NCBI GenBank assembly: GCA_964016885.1 | Contig: OZ024743.1 | Location: 328,786,001 to 328,850,000, forward strand | DNA length: 64,000 bases | Source: Eledone cirrhosa | Lineage: Eukaryota | Direction: 5' to 3' | Shown here: positions 1 to 13,965 of the stretch, one piece after another | Position numbering within the stretch: the first letter of the stretch is position 1 | Layout: each line of letters opens with the position of its first letter | The notes under the pieces: model-generated | Told to the model about the DNA's origin: nothing | The model's database searches: none | Seen by the model: only the letters and a program-made list of their open reading frames with translations | Position numbers and translations under genes: made by a program

Positions 1-229
1 GTGGTGGTGGTATGGGGGGGGGGTGTAGTGAGGTGATGATGTGGTGGTGGTGTAGTATGTGGTGATGTAGTGGTGGTGTTATGGTGTGGTGGTGTAGTGT
101 GGTGAGGTGTGCTGGTTGCTTGATATGGTGATGTATTGCGGTGTGGTGGTGGTATGTATGTGACCAGGGCGGATGGACAACGTTGGACAGTCCAATGTGT
201 TTGTTGAGATAACGGGGAATATATACATC

Positions 230-399
<170 letters not shown>

Positions 400-822
400 T
401 ACATATACACATATGTATAGATACACATACATATAATACACTATATTATACACACACACACACACATATATATAGAGAGAGGAGGAGAAACAGAAAGAAA
501 GAGTGTATACATATGTATATATATGTAAAAGTCAGCATTTATGTTTAAACACATTGTAGAAAATCAAATAGTAGTCAGTAGCCTCTGTGTATATATGTAT
601 GCATACACGTGAGCGTGTGTGTATATAAGTAGGCCTATGTCTGTATATGTCTATATATATATATATAGACATAGGTTTCTCTCTCTCTCTATATATATAT
701 ATATAATATACATATATAATATATATATATATATATATTGTTATACTTTGGGAGGGTCATGTTGCCAATAAGAATCTTGCTAAACAAATTCAGAAACGAA
801 ATATATATATATATAATGACAC

Positions 823-1186
823 ACGACCGTGACTTCTGGCGTCACGCAGTAATACAGGGTACCCGACCTCCCATGGGTACATGCTGAAGCATATAAACAA
901 TATGCCCCCCCCCCCCCACCGCAAGGTGGCCGTGGAGGTGCCACGGCAAAAAAGCACCCAGCCCACACTGTAAAGTGGACGTGTAGGCGCCACGAAAAAG
1001 CACCCAGCACTCACTGTAAATGAGGTTGGTGTTAGGAAGGGCATCCAGCTGTAGAAATCAAGCCAGATCAGTTCCTGTATGAGCAAGGCATGGTCAGCCG
1101 ACCAGACACTGCCCACAACAGGACAACCCGTCTAACCCATGCTAGCGTGGAAGAACGGACGTAAAACGGTGATGATGATGATGATG
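823..1186 (+). mobile_element. 3' portion of an abundant retroposon (RTE-related 3' UTR or SINE tail) ending in (GAT)n
   Basis: Duplicated AAAAAGCACCCAG motif, GGTTGGTGTTAGGAAGGGCATCCAGCTGTAGAAA, and AACCCATGCTAGCGTGGAAGAACGGACGTAAAACG followed by a (GAT)n tail; resembles a common octopus interspersed repeat (from recall). Confidence 0.6.
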
Positions 1187-1445
1187 ATAAAGAGGGAGAG
1201 ATAGATGTAAATTCCCGACCGCGGTGCCAAGGGTGTAATGTGTGTGTGTATATATATATATACTACACCCTGAATAAGCGTGTGTGGATATGCATACGTA
1301 TGTATGAGTATAATTATTTGTGTGTATGATGTGTGTGTGATTAATTCTTATTTGAAAGTGGAAAACAGGATCAATGTCGCGACACCTGGCCAGCATAGTC
1401 AAGTGTGTTTAAACACACATTGCAGAATGTTGAGTGTATACTGAA

Positions 1446-1520
<75 letters not shown>

Positions 1521-1611
1521 AACCACAGTTTAAAAAGGTACTCAATACGTTAAAAGAGTGTAGGCATACTCTAGTCTTATAGAAGTCATTTCTATAATAG
1601 AATAAATAAAT

Positions 1612-1642
<31 letters not shown>

Positions 1643-1764
1643 CGCACACAAACATATATATATATATATATATACACACCACACATATATATATACAGAC
1701 ACACACACACGACACACATATATATACACACACCACGTATATATATATATACACACACACACAC

Positions 1765-1810
<46 letters not shown>

Positions 1811-1812
1811 TT

Positions 1813-1844
<32 letters not shown>

Positions 1845-1967
1845 AAGTAATTCCGTCGGAAAGGTCCAGGAAAAACTATATATATATATATATATATATT
1901 ACCGCTATGTTTACATATCACGGGCTAATTCTTTCGTAATACAAAATCCCACTCTCTCTCGTACCCC

Positions 1968-2019
<52 letters not shown>

Positions 2020-2661
2020 GGGGGGAGCACTTAAGAACAAAACTCCTGGCCCTCGAGTAGCTCCCAACTATAATAAAAAAATTTATATATATAGATATAT
2101 ATTATTGTCGCCTAAAAATCGCATCGAGCAAGACACACACACATACGTATTTACATACACACACAAACACTCACGTACTCACACACACAGACACATACAT
2201 ACACATAAACTTAATCACATACACACAAACACGAGCACACACCCGCGTACGTACTCACACACACACGTATTCATATAACACAAATACACAAACACCAATA
2301 CACACCACACGTACTCACATACACAGACACAAACACGAACACACCCGCGTACGTACTCACATACACACACACGCAAGCACACACGTACACATATTCAGAA
2401 ATTCACACTCACAAACACACCAGCATACACAGACACATACACACACACGCAAGAACACACATTCAGAAACACATACTCACAAATACACCTGCATACACAG
2501 TCACACATACAGAAACACAGTCACACATACACAGACACAAACACACCGACACTCACATACAGTCACACACATACACAGACACACACATATGCAAACACAC
2601 CGACACTCACATAAACACATATAGAGTTGAGAGGACAGTTACACTAGAAGGAAAAGTAACA

Positions 2662-3812
2662 ATGACAACAACAACTGTTACAACAATAACAACAATATTC
2701 ACCACCGCCGCCGCCGCCATCATCAATATCTTTGTCATTAGCATGACTATCATCATCAACATAATCACCATTATCACCATTATCATCATCATCAACGTAA
2801 TCACCGCTCCGCTATCATGCCTTCCACTGCTGTCATCCCAACTATTACCACCACCACCGCTATTACCCCTCACCATCCCCACCACCACCACCGCCGCTAT
2901 TACCCCCCACCATCCCCACCACCACCACCACCGCTATCACCCTTCACCATCCACACCACCACCACCGCTATCACTATCACCGCCACTATCCCCCCCCCAA
3001 CCACTATCACCGCTATCACCCCACCACCACCATCACTACCACTATCACCCCCATCACTACCACTATCACCCCACCACCACCACTATCTCCCCCACCGCTA
3101 CTACTATCACCCCACCACCACCACCACTACCACTATCTCCCCCACCGCTACTACTATCACCCCACCACCACCATCACCCCCACCGCTACCACTATCACCC
3201 CGCCACCACCATCACTACCACTATCTCCCCCACCGCTACTACTATCACCCCACCACCACCATCACTACCACTATCACTCCACCGCCACCATCACTACCAC
3301 TATCACCCCCATCACTACCACCATCACCATCACCCCCACCGCCATCACGCCAACTATCTCCGCTATCACCCCACCGCCACTATCACCCCCCACCGCCACC
3401 ACTATCACCCCACCACCACCATCACCGCCACCACTATCACCCCACCACCACCATCACCCCCACCGCCACCACTATCACCCCACCACCGCCACCACTATCA
3501 CCATTATCAATACCATAATGTATTTACAAGCTTTATTAATCCAATCTTAAGAAGTGGAGTATTAACGTGGAGTAAAAAACATCACTTAAAAATTAACTTC
3601 TCCAACCTCCTAACCTCCCGTAACAACACTATTGACACTATCACCACCACCACCACCACCACCACCACCATAATCGTAATCACCATCATCGCTATCATCA
3701 TAATCACTCTCATCACTATCATCATCATCATCATCACTATCACTACCATCATAATCACTATTATCGCCATCATCATCATCATCATTATTCATTATTATCA
3801 TCATCATCATCA
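2662..3812. repeat. (ACC/ATC)n cryptic trinucleotide repeat region
   Basis: Directly visible CAC/CAT/TAC triplet runs with recurring CTATCACCCCACCACC sub-units. Confidence 0.9.
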
Positions 3813-3971
3813 TGCTAGTTATTATCATAACGTAATTTACATGCGTTAATAATCTATCGCTCTATAAGAAAGATAATCTTGTTAAGACGATGTGTAGAGA
3901 GAGAGAGACAGAGTAAAAAAACGTGGAAGAAAAACATCACTTAAAAATTAACTTCTCAACCACGGAATGAA

Positions 3972-4070
<99 letters not shown>

Positions 4071-5162
4071 GAAGGAAGGAAGAGAGAAAGGATGAATGAA
4101 ATATATCATTAAAAGCCAAGTAGTTAAATCATTAAAAAATATATTTGTATGTATATGTCTGTATGTATATATATTTGTATGTATGTATGTATGTATGTAT
4201 ATATATTTAGGCAATAAATTAAGAATTGGTGAAGTGAACTTACCACTAAGATCGGCTGGTAAATAGGACCCGTGCTAGAAACCGTGTAGGATAAGGTATA
4301 TATATTGGTGTAGAGAAAAACAGAGACAAGTTGGTTTGTTTGGTACTCCAAGACTCCTCCTTGTTTGTAATAATAAACTGATAGTGACTCGGGTAGCAAG
4401 AATTACTACAACAACTAGTATAACTATAATTATAAACACTAGTATGACTATTACTACTATTACTACAACTACAACTACTAGAGCAGAATAGAACGAGAAG
4501 AAATAGAAGTAGAAATAGAAGAGTGACAGAAATCATTCCAGCTTTGTGTTTGTGTGGGTTTTACACTGAGGAAACACTAACACAACAGAACGGAGAGACG
4601 TGAGAGGAGAGGAGAGTAGCAGAGATATAGTAAAGCTGGTTATTAAGGGAGGAGGTGAAAGGGAGAGTGACGTAGTAAGAGTGAAAGAGAGAGTAAGTAA
4701 GTGAGTGAAGCAGCGGTGAAGATTATATTAAGGGAGGAAGAGGGGTAGAAGGGGGAGGAGGACAGATTTAGAGTAGGAGTTGAAGTGAGAGAGGGAGAGA
4801 GAAAGACGAACAGACATTAAGTACGAAGGCGGTGAAGTGTATTTATATATATATATATATATATATTTACATGTATGTATAGATGTATACATCTATATAT
4901 ATATGTATATATATATATTTAAACACACACACACACACACATACATTTACATATATATGTATATATATTGCATGTATATTTATATATGTGTGTATATATG
5001 TATATGTTTATGTAAAATGTGTATATATATATATATATATATATATCCTATGTCCTATGCATATATATATATGTCTCTTTTCTCCATTACGCCTTTTATT
5101 TTCTCTCACTCTCTTTATATATATATATATAGCTGTATGTATCTATATATATATATAGTTGG

Positions 5163-5204
<42 letters not shown>

Positions 5205-5262
5205 GTGTGTGTGTATGTATACATGTATATATACATATGTATAATGCAAACATGAGTGTGTT

Positions 5263-5299
<37 letters not shown>

Positions 5300-5454
5300 G
5301 ATTTTATTTTTAGATACATATGGGGATTCCGCTATAGATACATACGGCTATACATATGTATCGACATTCTTAGTTACACACACACATACACACACACCGA
5401 CATACATATGCACATACACACACAGACACATACTCACAGACACACACACACATA

Positions 5455-5537
<83 letters not shown>

Positions 5538-5741
5538 TGTCTATCGTATGTTTGGAATGTTATCCATTCGTTCTGTCTTTCACAAATTTTGTCTGATCAT
5601 CTGTCACACATGTCTCTCTCTCTCACTCTCACCCTTTCTCTTTATTTGTCTCTCTATCACATCCTATTCTCATCTTCTCTCCTTATCTGTCTTTTACATC
5701 TCTCTCTTACTCCCTCTATATTTATCTGTTTATCTATCACA

Positions 5742-5802
<61 letters not shown>

Positions 5803-5813
5803 TTGTCTACCTG

Positions 5814-5871
<58 letters not shown>

Positions 5872-6589
5872 TATATCACTCTCTCGTTATGTTTATCTGT
5901 CAGATCTCTCTCTTACTCCCCCTCTCTTTATCTATCTATCTATCACCCTGTCTTCTTATCTGTCTATCTGTCACACATCTCTCTCACTCTCTCTCTCTTT
6001 TACGCTTTCCTCCTTTTCGCTCTCATTCTTTCTTTCTATTTCTTCTCTTTCACTCTATTTCCACCTGGCTAATTCTTTATCTCTTTATTTCCATCTGTCC
6101 CAGTCTCTCTCTCTCCCTCTTTCTCTCCCCCTCTCTCTCTCTCTCTCTCTCCTTTTCTTTCACTCTCACCCCTCTCTCTTTCTTTCTCTCTCTCTCGCGC
6201 GCTCTCTCCCTCTCTCACCCCATCTCTCTCTCACACAAACACACTCTATCTATCTATTTCAACCTCATTCTATCTGTCTATCTGTCTCTGTGATTTCCCC
6301 CATCTCTATGTCTATCTATTCTATTTTACTCTCTCTCTATCGCTCTCTGTGTCTTATCCTTATCTGTCTCATTCTTTACGCATTTCTCTCCCTCTCTCTC
6401 TCTCATTATCTATACCTCTATCTGTCTAACTCTTTATCATATTTCCTCTCTCTATCTAACTTAATAACCCCCCCCCCCCTCTCTCTCTCTCTTATATAAA
6501 TCCTTTCCACTTAAAACTGTTTCCTTTATCATTCACTGTAACTGTTTATCTGCCGTGTGTGGCTGGAATAGTTAACACACGCACTTATA

Positions 6590-6664
<75 letters not shown>

Positions 6665-7584
6665 ACACACACACATATAGACACAGTCACACACACACAC
6701 ACACATATAGACACACAGTCCCACACACAAACACCAATATATAGACACAGTCCCACACACTCACAGACATATACATAGACACACATTCACACACACACAC
6801 ACACACATATATAGATACACAGTCCCACACAGACACATACATATAGATACACAGTCACACACAGAAACATACATACATAGACACACAGTCACACACACAC
6901 ACACTCAGACACATATACATAGACACAGTCATACACACAGACACATACATAGACACACAGTCACACACACATACACATATACACATACATAGACACAGTC
7001 ACACACAAACATATACATAGACACACAGTCACACACTGATATATATATACATACAGACACAGTCACATACACATACACATACATAGATACAGTCAGACAC
7101 ACACTCACAGACACATATATAGACACACACAGTCACACACACATACACATATACACATACATAGACACTCAGTCACACACACACACACACATACACATAT
7201 ACACATACATAGACACACAGTTACACACAGACACATATACACATACATAGACACACAGTTACACATACATTCACAGACACACAGAGATACGTACACACGT
7301 ACATAGTCACACGCATACACGCGTACACAGACACACATACATAGTCACACGTACACAGACACACACACACATGTATACACACATGCACACACACATACAC
7401 ACACACTCACACGCCACAGACACACGTACAGACACGCACACACTAGACCCACACATACACACACATATGCATATATACACTGACACTATGGGTGTGAATA
7501 CACATACACATACAGACATCCATACACACACGCATGCGCGAACGTACACTCACACACATATAAATGTATTCATATCGCTGGTGC

Positions 7585-7615
<31 letters not shown>

Positions 7616-7829
7616 CTTCTTTCTCTTTGCTGATTCTGTCTAAGTATATTATGTTAAGGGTACCCATGTCTGTGGAATACTCAACCACATACACGCTAAT
7701 TCCCCGAACAGGACGTTCAGATGAGCGAACCACTGAATGTTAATCGTCGAAAACGACGGAGGATCCATCAACGACGCTAAGAAAATGAGAGCTCTATTTA
7801 ATGGAACTGGAAGATTGAATTCTTAGATT

Positions 7830-8005
7830 TTACGGGCAAAACAAACTGGCAGGAGACCCAGGGGTAGACAGACACCTGGGCAAGATGGTCGGATAACATC
7901 CATGAGCTCGGCTTGTCTCACTTGGTGACCTAGCCGCATCAGTTGGAGACGGTTGCTTCTGACAAGACCCGCTAGAAAGGGTGTTTGGGGCAGTCCTGCC
8001 AACCT
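7830..8005 (+). mobile_element. RTE-clade LINE 3' fragment (decayed)
   Basis: Encodes GRRPRGR..RWSDNI with a frameshift; homologous to 51720-51912 (-) and 58670-58880 (+). Confidence 0.7.
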
Positions 8006-8239
8006 TCAAAAGCCCAAACGGGGAGTACCATGAAAAAAAGGGCCCCAAAACGGGGAGAAATGAGGCAAAATTGGGAGATTTTACGTAATATAAGTTATAC
8101 CCATTTTCACAAGAGAAGACATTTCTCACCCACCCCAAAGTGGGTGGGGGAATCTCTGTGTCGGACGAGGAGAGTTGACAGGTCTGGTTCGAGGACCATG
8201 CCCTCGCCCCCACGACTCTCTCAAGAAGTAGTAATAGTG

Positions 8240-8299
<60 letters not shown>

Positions 8300-8408
8300 C
8301 AAGGAGGAGGAGGAGGCGAAGAAGAAGAAGAAGAAGAAGAAGAAGAAGAAGAGGAAGCTAAGAGTGACCAGTAAGTAACCCGTATCCAGTGTCCTTATCC
8401 CAAGGTCG

Positions 8409-8692
8409 AGGACACAGCATGGCTGCATGGTTAAGAGATTTACTTCGCAATCACAAGGTTGTGGGTTCGATTCCCACTGCATGACTTCTCGGGTAGGATA
8501 AATGTCATTTACCATACCTCACGAGTAAAATCTGGTAGACAGAAACTGTTTGGAAGCCTGCCAGATGAACTGTACGACTGCATGGCATCTCGGGTAGGGT
8601 AAGTGTCATTTACCATAGCTCCTGTTCGAGTCATACTTCGCGAGTAAAATTTGGTAGACGGAGTCTGTTTAGAAGCCTGTCGGATGAACAGT
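8409..8692 (+). mobile_element. tRNA-derived SINE with internal tandem duplication of the body
   Basis: A-box TGGCTGCATGG and B-box GGTTCGATTCC; the segment TCGGGTAGG..TGTCATTTACCATA..CGAGTAAAAT..GGTAGAC..GAAGCCTG occurs twice (~8488-8570 and ~8590-8685). Confidence 0.75.
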
Positions 8693-8929
8693 ACCTTTAT
8701 TTCACGCTGAATCTCTTTGACGTTAAGGATATACTTGTCTCTGGGATGCTCAGCTACTTATACCGTAATACAAGATGGACGGTATCATCTGTAATTCAAA
8801 GGGCCAGTCTTGCCACATTGCCTATTACTCTGAATCTCCCTGAGGACTGCGTTAAGTTGGAGACGGTTGCTTCCGAGAGGACCCGCTGACCGTACCCCCA
8901 CCACTCTCTCAGGAGGGATAAATGGGAGA

Positions 8930-9572
8930 AGAAGGAGGAGTAAGATGAGGAGGATGAGGATGATGAGGAGGAGAAGGAGGGGGATGAGGCTGAGGGGAGA
9001 AGGATGATGATGATGATGATGATGACGATGAGGAGGAGGATGAGGATGAGCAGAAGAAGAAGAAGAAGAAGAAGAAGAAGAAGAAGAAGAAGAAGAAGAA
9101 GAAGAAGACGAGAAGAAGAAGAAAAAGAAGAAAAAGAAAGAGAAGAAGAAGAAGCAGAAGAAGGAGAAGAAGAAGAAGAAGAAAGAGAAGAAGAAAAAGA
9201 AGAAGAAGAAGAAGAAGAAGAAGAAGAAGAAGAAGAAGAAGAAGAAGAAAGAGAAGAAGCAGAAGAAGGAGAAGAAGAAGAAGCAGAAGAAGAAGAAGCA
9301 GAAGTAGAAGAAGAAGAAGAAGCAGAAGAAGAAGAAGAAAAAGAAAAAGAAGAAGAAGAAGAAGAAGAAGAAGCAGAAGAAGAAGAAGAAGAAGAAGAAG
9401 AAGAAGAAGCAGAAGAAGAAGAAAAAGAAAAAGAAGAAGAAGAAGAAGAAGAAGAAGAAGAAGAAGAAGAAGAAAGAGAAGAAGAAGAAGCAGAAGAAGG
9501 GGGAAAAGAAGAAGGAGAAGGAGAAGAAGAAGCAGAAGAAGAAGAAGAAGAAGAAGAAGAAGAAGAAGAAGG
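8930..9572. repeat. (GAG/GAT) then (GAA)n microsatellite, ~520 bp almost pure purine tract
   Basis: Directly visible. Confidence 0.95.
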
Positions 9573-9899
9573 AGACATATACCTTGATGAAGATTCGAAA
9601 CCGTTATCATTAATTAGTTTTTTTTATTTATTTTAGTCCGATAACTAAAATAAAATTATATGCAGTTGTCTTTTCTTTTTTTAATTCTAATTAAGTCAAA
9701 CATTCCATGTCATTCTGTTTAGTTAGAATAAAAGTTAATTAGAGATCGAAACCTCGCACCTTTATGGGACAAATTTATTATGTCACAAATTTATTTTTAA
9801 ACAAATAAATAAGAAAATAGATAAAAGGATCGATATTTCTCAATAGAACAGTAGACGATGTGAATGTATTGTAGTAGGGCATCGGGTTGGGGTGGAGGA

Positions 9900-10282
9900 G
9901 GTGTACTTAATGGCCCGGGACTGGTCCGTAGGGTAACAGGTTGTGTGTGATTCGGGTACTGGGTACTAAATGACCTCGGACCACTCTGAAAGGTATCAGG
10001 CTGGGATTCGGGAACTAGATGACCTCGAACCACCCTGAAGGGATCAGGTTGGGATTTGGGAACTAGATGACCTCGAACCACCCTGAAGGGATCAGGTTGG
10101 GATTTGGGAACTAGATGACCTCGGACCACTCTGAAGGGTATCAGGCTGCGATTCGGGAATTAAAATGGCTTGGAACGCTCATTAGGGCAGCAGGATATGA
10201 TTCAGGTATTAGATGGTCCAGTATCGTTCAGGTTATGATTCGGGGGCTAGATGACCTCGGACCACTCTGAGTGCATCAAGGT
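9900..10282. repeat. ~49-bp minisatellite, about 7 diverging copies
   Basis: Unit GGGAACTAGATGACCTCGAACCACCCTGAAGGGATCAGGTTGGGATTT; central copies near-identical, outer copies decayed. Confidence 0.85.
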
Positions 10283-10789
10283 AATATTTTGATTTTTTCT
10301 TTTTTAAAATAAAAATACATTATATGTCTCCTTGCAGAGATTGAAACCTTAACGCCCATTTAGACCTACATTCCGAATGCCCAGATACCCAACCAGACCC
10401 ACAACCCCACCATAGAAACTCAACACACCTACAGGGTGGTCCGTGGTCAGAAAGTCTTGTCAACCCTTGTCACATATTGTTTTAATTTTCATTATTTTTT
10501 GTTTTAATAATATAATATATACTATCATTAATCATAATATATAATAATAATTGTTTCTACATTTGGCACAAGGGCAGCAATTATCCAGTACATTACTGGT
10601 ACTTTATTTTATCGACTCCGTAAGCATGATTCCGTTAATGATGGGGATATCCGCGTTCAGCTTAATATATATACAAAAGATCAGAATATATTACGGACAT
10701 ATAAAAAATAACCAAACTAATGTAAGACTTGACCTGTTGCAACCGAGAATACTAGCATGAAATAGAGAGACGTGGTTGTTGCCTTGTAA

Positions 10790-10990
10790 GAAATGAGGCA
10801 GAACAGATTCTATGGACTAGATAAAGTATGTCACTAATAACAGGCAGCGCAAGCTCTCCTATCCTGATGTCATCTCCAGAGATTCTGGTATTGAAATCCA
10901 GGACTTGGCAACGGCAATGAACGACAGACCCACGTGGAGATCAATTGTTGAGTCCATTCCGGCAGAGGCAGCCGGATGCTAATGTTGATG
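10790..10990 (+). mobile_element. RTE/RTEX-like LINE 3' end fragment
   Basis: Translates to RKLSYPDVISRDSGIEIQDLATAMNDRPTWRSIVESI, a typical 'MxDRxxWR' C-terminus, followed by a decayed GAT tail. Confidence 0.6.
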
Positions 10991-11005
10991 GGAAAGGCCT
11001 AGAAA

Positions 11006-11193
11006 TAATTGTTTCTACTTTTGACACAAGGCTAGCAATTATCACAGTGTATTACTGGTACTTTATTTTATCGACCCCGTAAGAATGAAAGGCAAAGTTA
11101 ACCTCGGTGGGATTTGAACTCAGAATGAAAAGGGCCGTATCTCTATGCGTCAAAGTATGGCGTCCGACCCTCGACCGATACTGCCAATCCACC
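11006..11193 (-). mobile_element. tRNA-derived SINE, family A (OK-SINE-like)
   Basis: Reverse complement gives GGTGGATTGGCAGTATCGGT..CTGAGTTCAAATCCC..AACTTTGCCTTTCAT..GGGGTCGATAAAATAAAGTACCAGT; a partial copy lies at 10545-10630. Confidence 0.85.
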
Positions 11194-11309
11194 TAGAAAT
11201 AATAAGGGAGCGCCGTTCCCATGCGTTTTCACAGCACTGCATCACTGCTTGTAACGTAAATAGAGTTAGGAAGTTACCTCTCTTGGTGGTTTTGAACTTG
11301 TAGCTTTGT

Positions 11310-11590
11310 GGTGAGGGTGTTCGGATCACAAGTATAAGTTTGTGAGTTCGATTCACGGCGTCGTGCCGTATTGTGCTCTAGCCCACTCACCTGGCAAACA
11401 ATTATTTGTACCTCTAATTCAAAGGGAATGGCTTTGTCACACAACTGTGCCATGCTGAATCTCCCTGAGGACTACATCAAGAGTATACGTGTTTAAGGAA
11501 TGCTCAGTCACATACACGTTAACTTCATGAGCAATCTGCTCCGTTGTTCGAATAATCGGAACACTCGTTGTGCAAGCGACGGAGGTCCAA
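11310..11590 (+). mobile_element. tRNA-headed SINE, family C
   Basis: B-box-like GAGTTCGATTC plus body GCTGAATCTCCCTGAG..GCTCAG..CACGTTAA..CGACGGAG; partial copies at ~7650-7770, 8705-8890, 26255-26317 (-) and 35615-35750. Confidence 0.7.
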
Positions 11591-11609
11591 GTCTCACGAC
11601 ACATTTCAT

Positions 11610-13965
11610 GTTTGTTGTAGTGGTTGTTGTGGTGGTTGTGGTGGTGGTTGTTGTAGTGGTTGTGGTGGTGGTTGTTGTAGTGGTTGTGGTGGTGGTTGTT
11701 GTAGTGGTTGTGGTGGTGGTTGTTGTAGTGGTTGTGGCTGTGGTGGTGGTTGTTGTAGTTGTGGCGGTGGTTGTTGTAGTGGTAGTGGTGGTGGTTGTTG
11801 TAGTGGTAGTGGTGGTGGTTGTTGTAGTGGTAGTGGTGGTGGTTGTTGTAGTGGTTGTGGCTGTGGTGGTGGTTGTTGTAGTTGTGGCGGTGGTTGTTGT
11901 AGTGGTAGTGGTGGTGGTTGTTGTAGTGGTAGTGGTGGTGGTTGTTGTAGTGGTAGTGGTGGTGGTGGTGGTTGTTGTAGTTGTGGTAGTGGTTGTTATT
12001 GTGGATGTTGTTGGTGGTAGTGGTTGTAGTTGTGGTGGTGATGGTTGTAGTTGTGGTAGTGGTGGTGGTTGTTGTAGTGGTAGTGGTGGTGGTTGTTGTA
12101 GTGGTAGTGGTGGTGGTTGTTGTAGTGGTTGTGGCTGTGGTGGTGGTTGTTGTAGTTGTGGCGGTGGTTGTTGTAGTGGTAGTGGTGGTGGTTGTTGTAG
12201 TGGTAGTGGTGGTGGTTGTTGTAGTGGTAGTGGTGGTGGTGGTGGTTGTTGTAGTTGTGGTAGTGGTTGTTATTGTGGATGTTGTTGGTGGTAGTGGTTG
12301 TAGTTGTGGTGGTGATGGTTGTAGTTGTGGTAGTGGTGGTGGTTGTTGTAGTGGTAGTGGTGGTGGTTGTTGTAGTGGTTGTGGCTGTGGTGGTGGTTGT
12401 TGTAGTTGTGGCGGTGGTTGTTATTGTGGATGTTGTTGGTGGTGGTGGTTGTAGTTGTGGTGGTGGTGGTTGTAGTTGTGGTGGTGGTGGTGGTTGTTGT
12501 AGTTGTGGTAGTGGTGGTTGTAGTTGTGGTAGTGGTGGTGGTTGTTGTAGTGGTAGTGGTGGTGGTTGTTGTAGTGGTTGTGGCTGTGGTGGTGGTTGTT
12601 GTAGTTGTGGCGGTGGTTGTTATTGTGGATGTTGTTGGTGGTGGTGGTTGTAGTTGTGGTGGTGGTGGTTGTAGTTGTGGTGGTGGTGGTGGTGGTTGTT
12701 GTAGTTGTGGTAGTGGTGGTTGTAGTTGTGGTAGTGGTGGTGGTTGTTGTAGTGGTAGTGGTGGTGGTTGTTGTAGTGGTTGTGGCTGTGGTGGTGGTTG
12801 TTGTAGTTGTGGCGGTGGTTGCTATTGTGGATGTTGTTGGTGGTGGCGGTTGTAGTTGTGGTGGTGGTGGTTGTAGTTGTGGTAGTGGTGGTGGTTGTTG
12901 TAGTGGTAGTGGTGGTGGTTGTTGTAGTGGTTGTGGCTGTGGTGGTGGTTGTTGTAGTTGTGGTAGTGGTTGTCATTGTGGATGTTGTTGGTGGTGGCGG
13001 TTGTAGTTGTGGTGGTTGTAGTTGTGGTAGTGGTGGTGGTTGTTGTAGTGGTAGTGGTGGTGGTTGTTGTAGTGGTTGTGGCTGTGGTGGTGGATGTTGT
13101 AGTTGTGGTAGTGGTTGTTATTGTGGATGTTGTTGGTGGTGGTGGTTGTAGTTGTGGTGGTGGTGGTTGTTGTAGTGGTTGTGGTGGTGGTTGTTGTAGT
13201 GGTTGTGGTGGTGGTTGTTGTAGTGGTTGTGGCTGTGGTGGTGGTTGTTGTAGTTGTGGCGGTGGTTGTTATTGTGGATGTTGTTGGTGGTGGCGGTTGT
13301 AGTTGTGGTGGTGGTGGTTGTAGTTGTGGTAGTGGTGGTGGTTGTTGTAGTGGTAGTGGTGGTGGTTGTTGTAGTGGTTGTGGCTGTGGTGGTGGTTGTT
13401 GTAGTTGTGGTAGTGGTTGTTATTGTGGATGTTGTTGGTGGTGGTGGTTGTAGTTGTGGTGGTGGTGGTTGTTGTAGTGGTTGTGGTGGTGGTTGTTGTA
13501 GTGGTAGTGGTGGTGGTTGTTGTAGTGGTTGTGGCTGTGGTGGTGGTTGTTGTAGTTGTGGCGGTGGTTGTTATTGTGGATGTTGTTGGTGGTGGCGGTT
13601 GTAGTTGTGGTGGTGGTGGTTGTAGTTGTGGTAGTGGTGGGGGTTGTAGTTGTGGTGGTGGTGGTTGTTGTAGTGGTTGTGGTGGTGGTTGTTGTAGTGG
13701 TAGTGGTGGTGGTTGTTGTAGTGGTTGTGGCTGTGGTGGTGGTTGTTGTAGTTGTGGCGGTGGTTGTTATTGTGGATGTTGTTGGTGGTGGCGGTTGTAG
13801 TTGTGGTGGTGGTGGTTGTAGTTGTGGTAGTGGTGGGGGTTGTAGTTGTGGTAGTGGTGGTTGTTGTAGTGGTAGTGGTGGTGGTTATTGTAGTTGTGGT
13901 GGGGTGGTGGTTATTGTAGTTGTGGTAGTGGTGGTTGTTGTAGTGGTAGTGGTGGTGGTTATTGT
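11610..13965. repeat. Higher-order (GGT/TGT/AGT) repeat with ~145-270 bp period
   Basis: Marker TTATTGTGGATGTTGTTGGTGG and GGCTGTGGT/GGCGGT variants recur about 11 times; the reading frame shifts at each unit. Confidence 0.9.

Noticed and set aside
8409-8480. tRNA gene
   Set aside because: A/B boxes are present but it runs into a SINE body, with no clean acceptor stem or T-run terminator
9004-9636. Glu-rich acidic protein ORF
   Set aside because: Pure (GAA)n microsatellite translation
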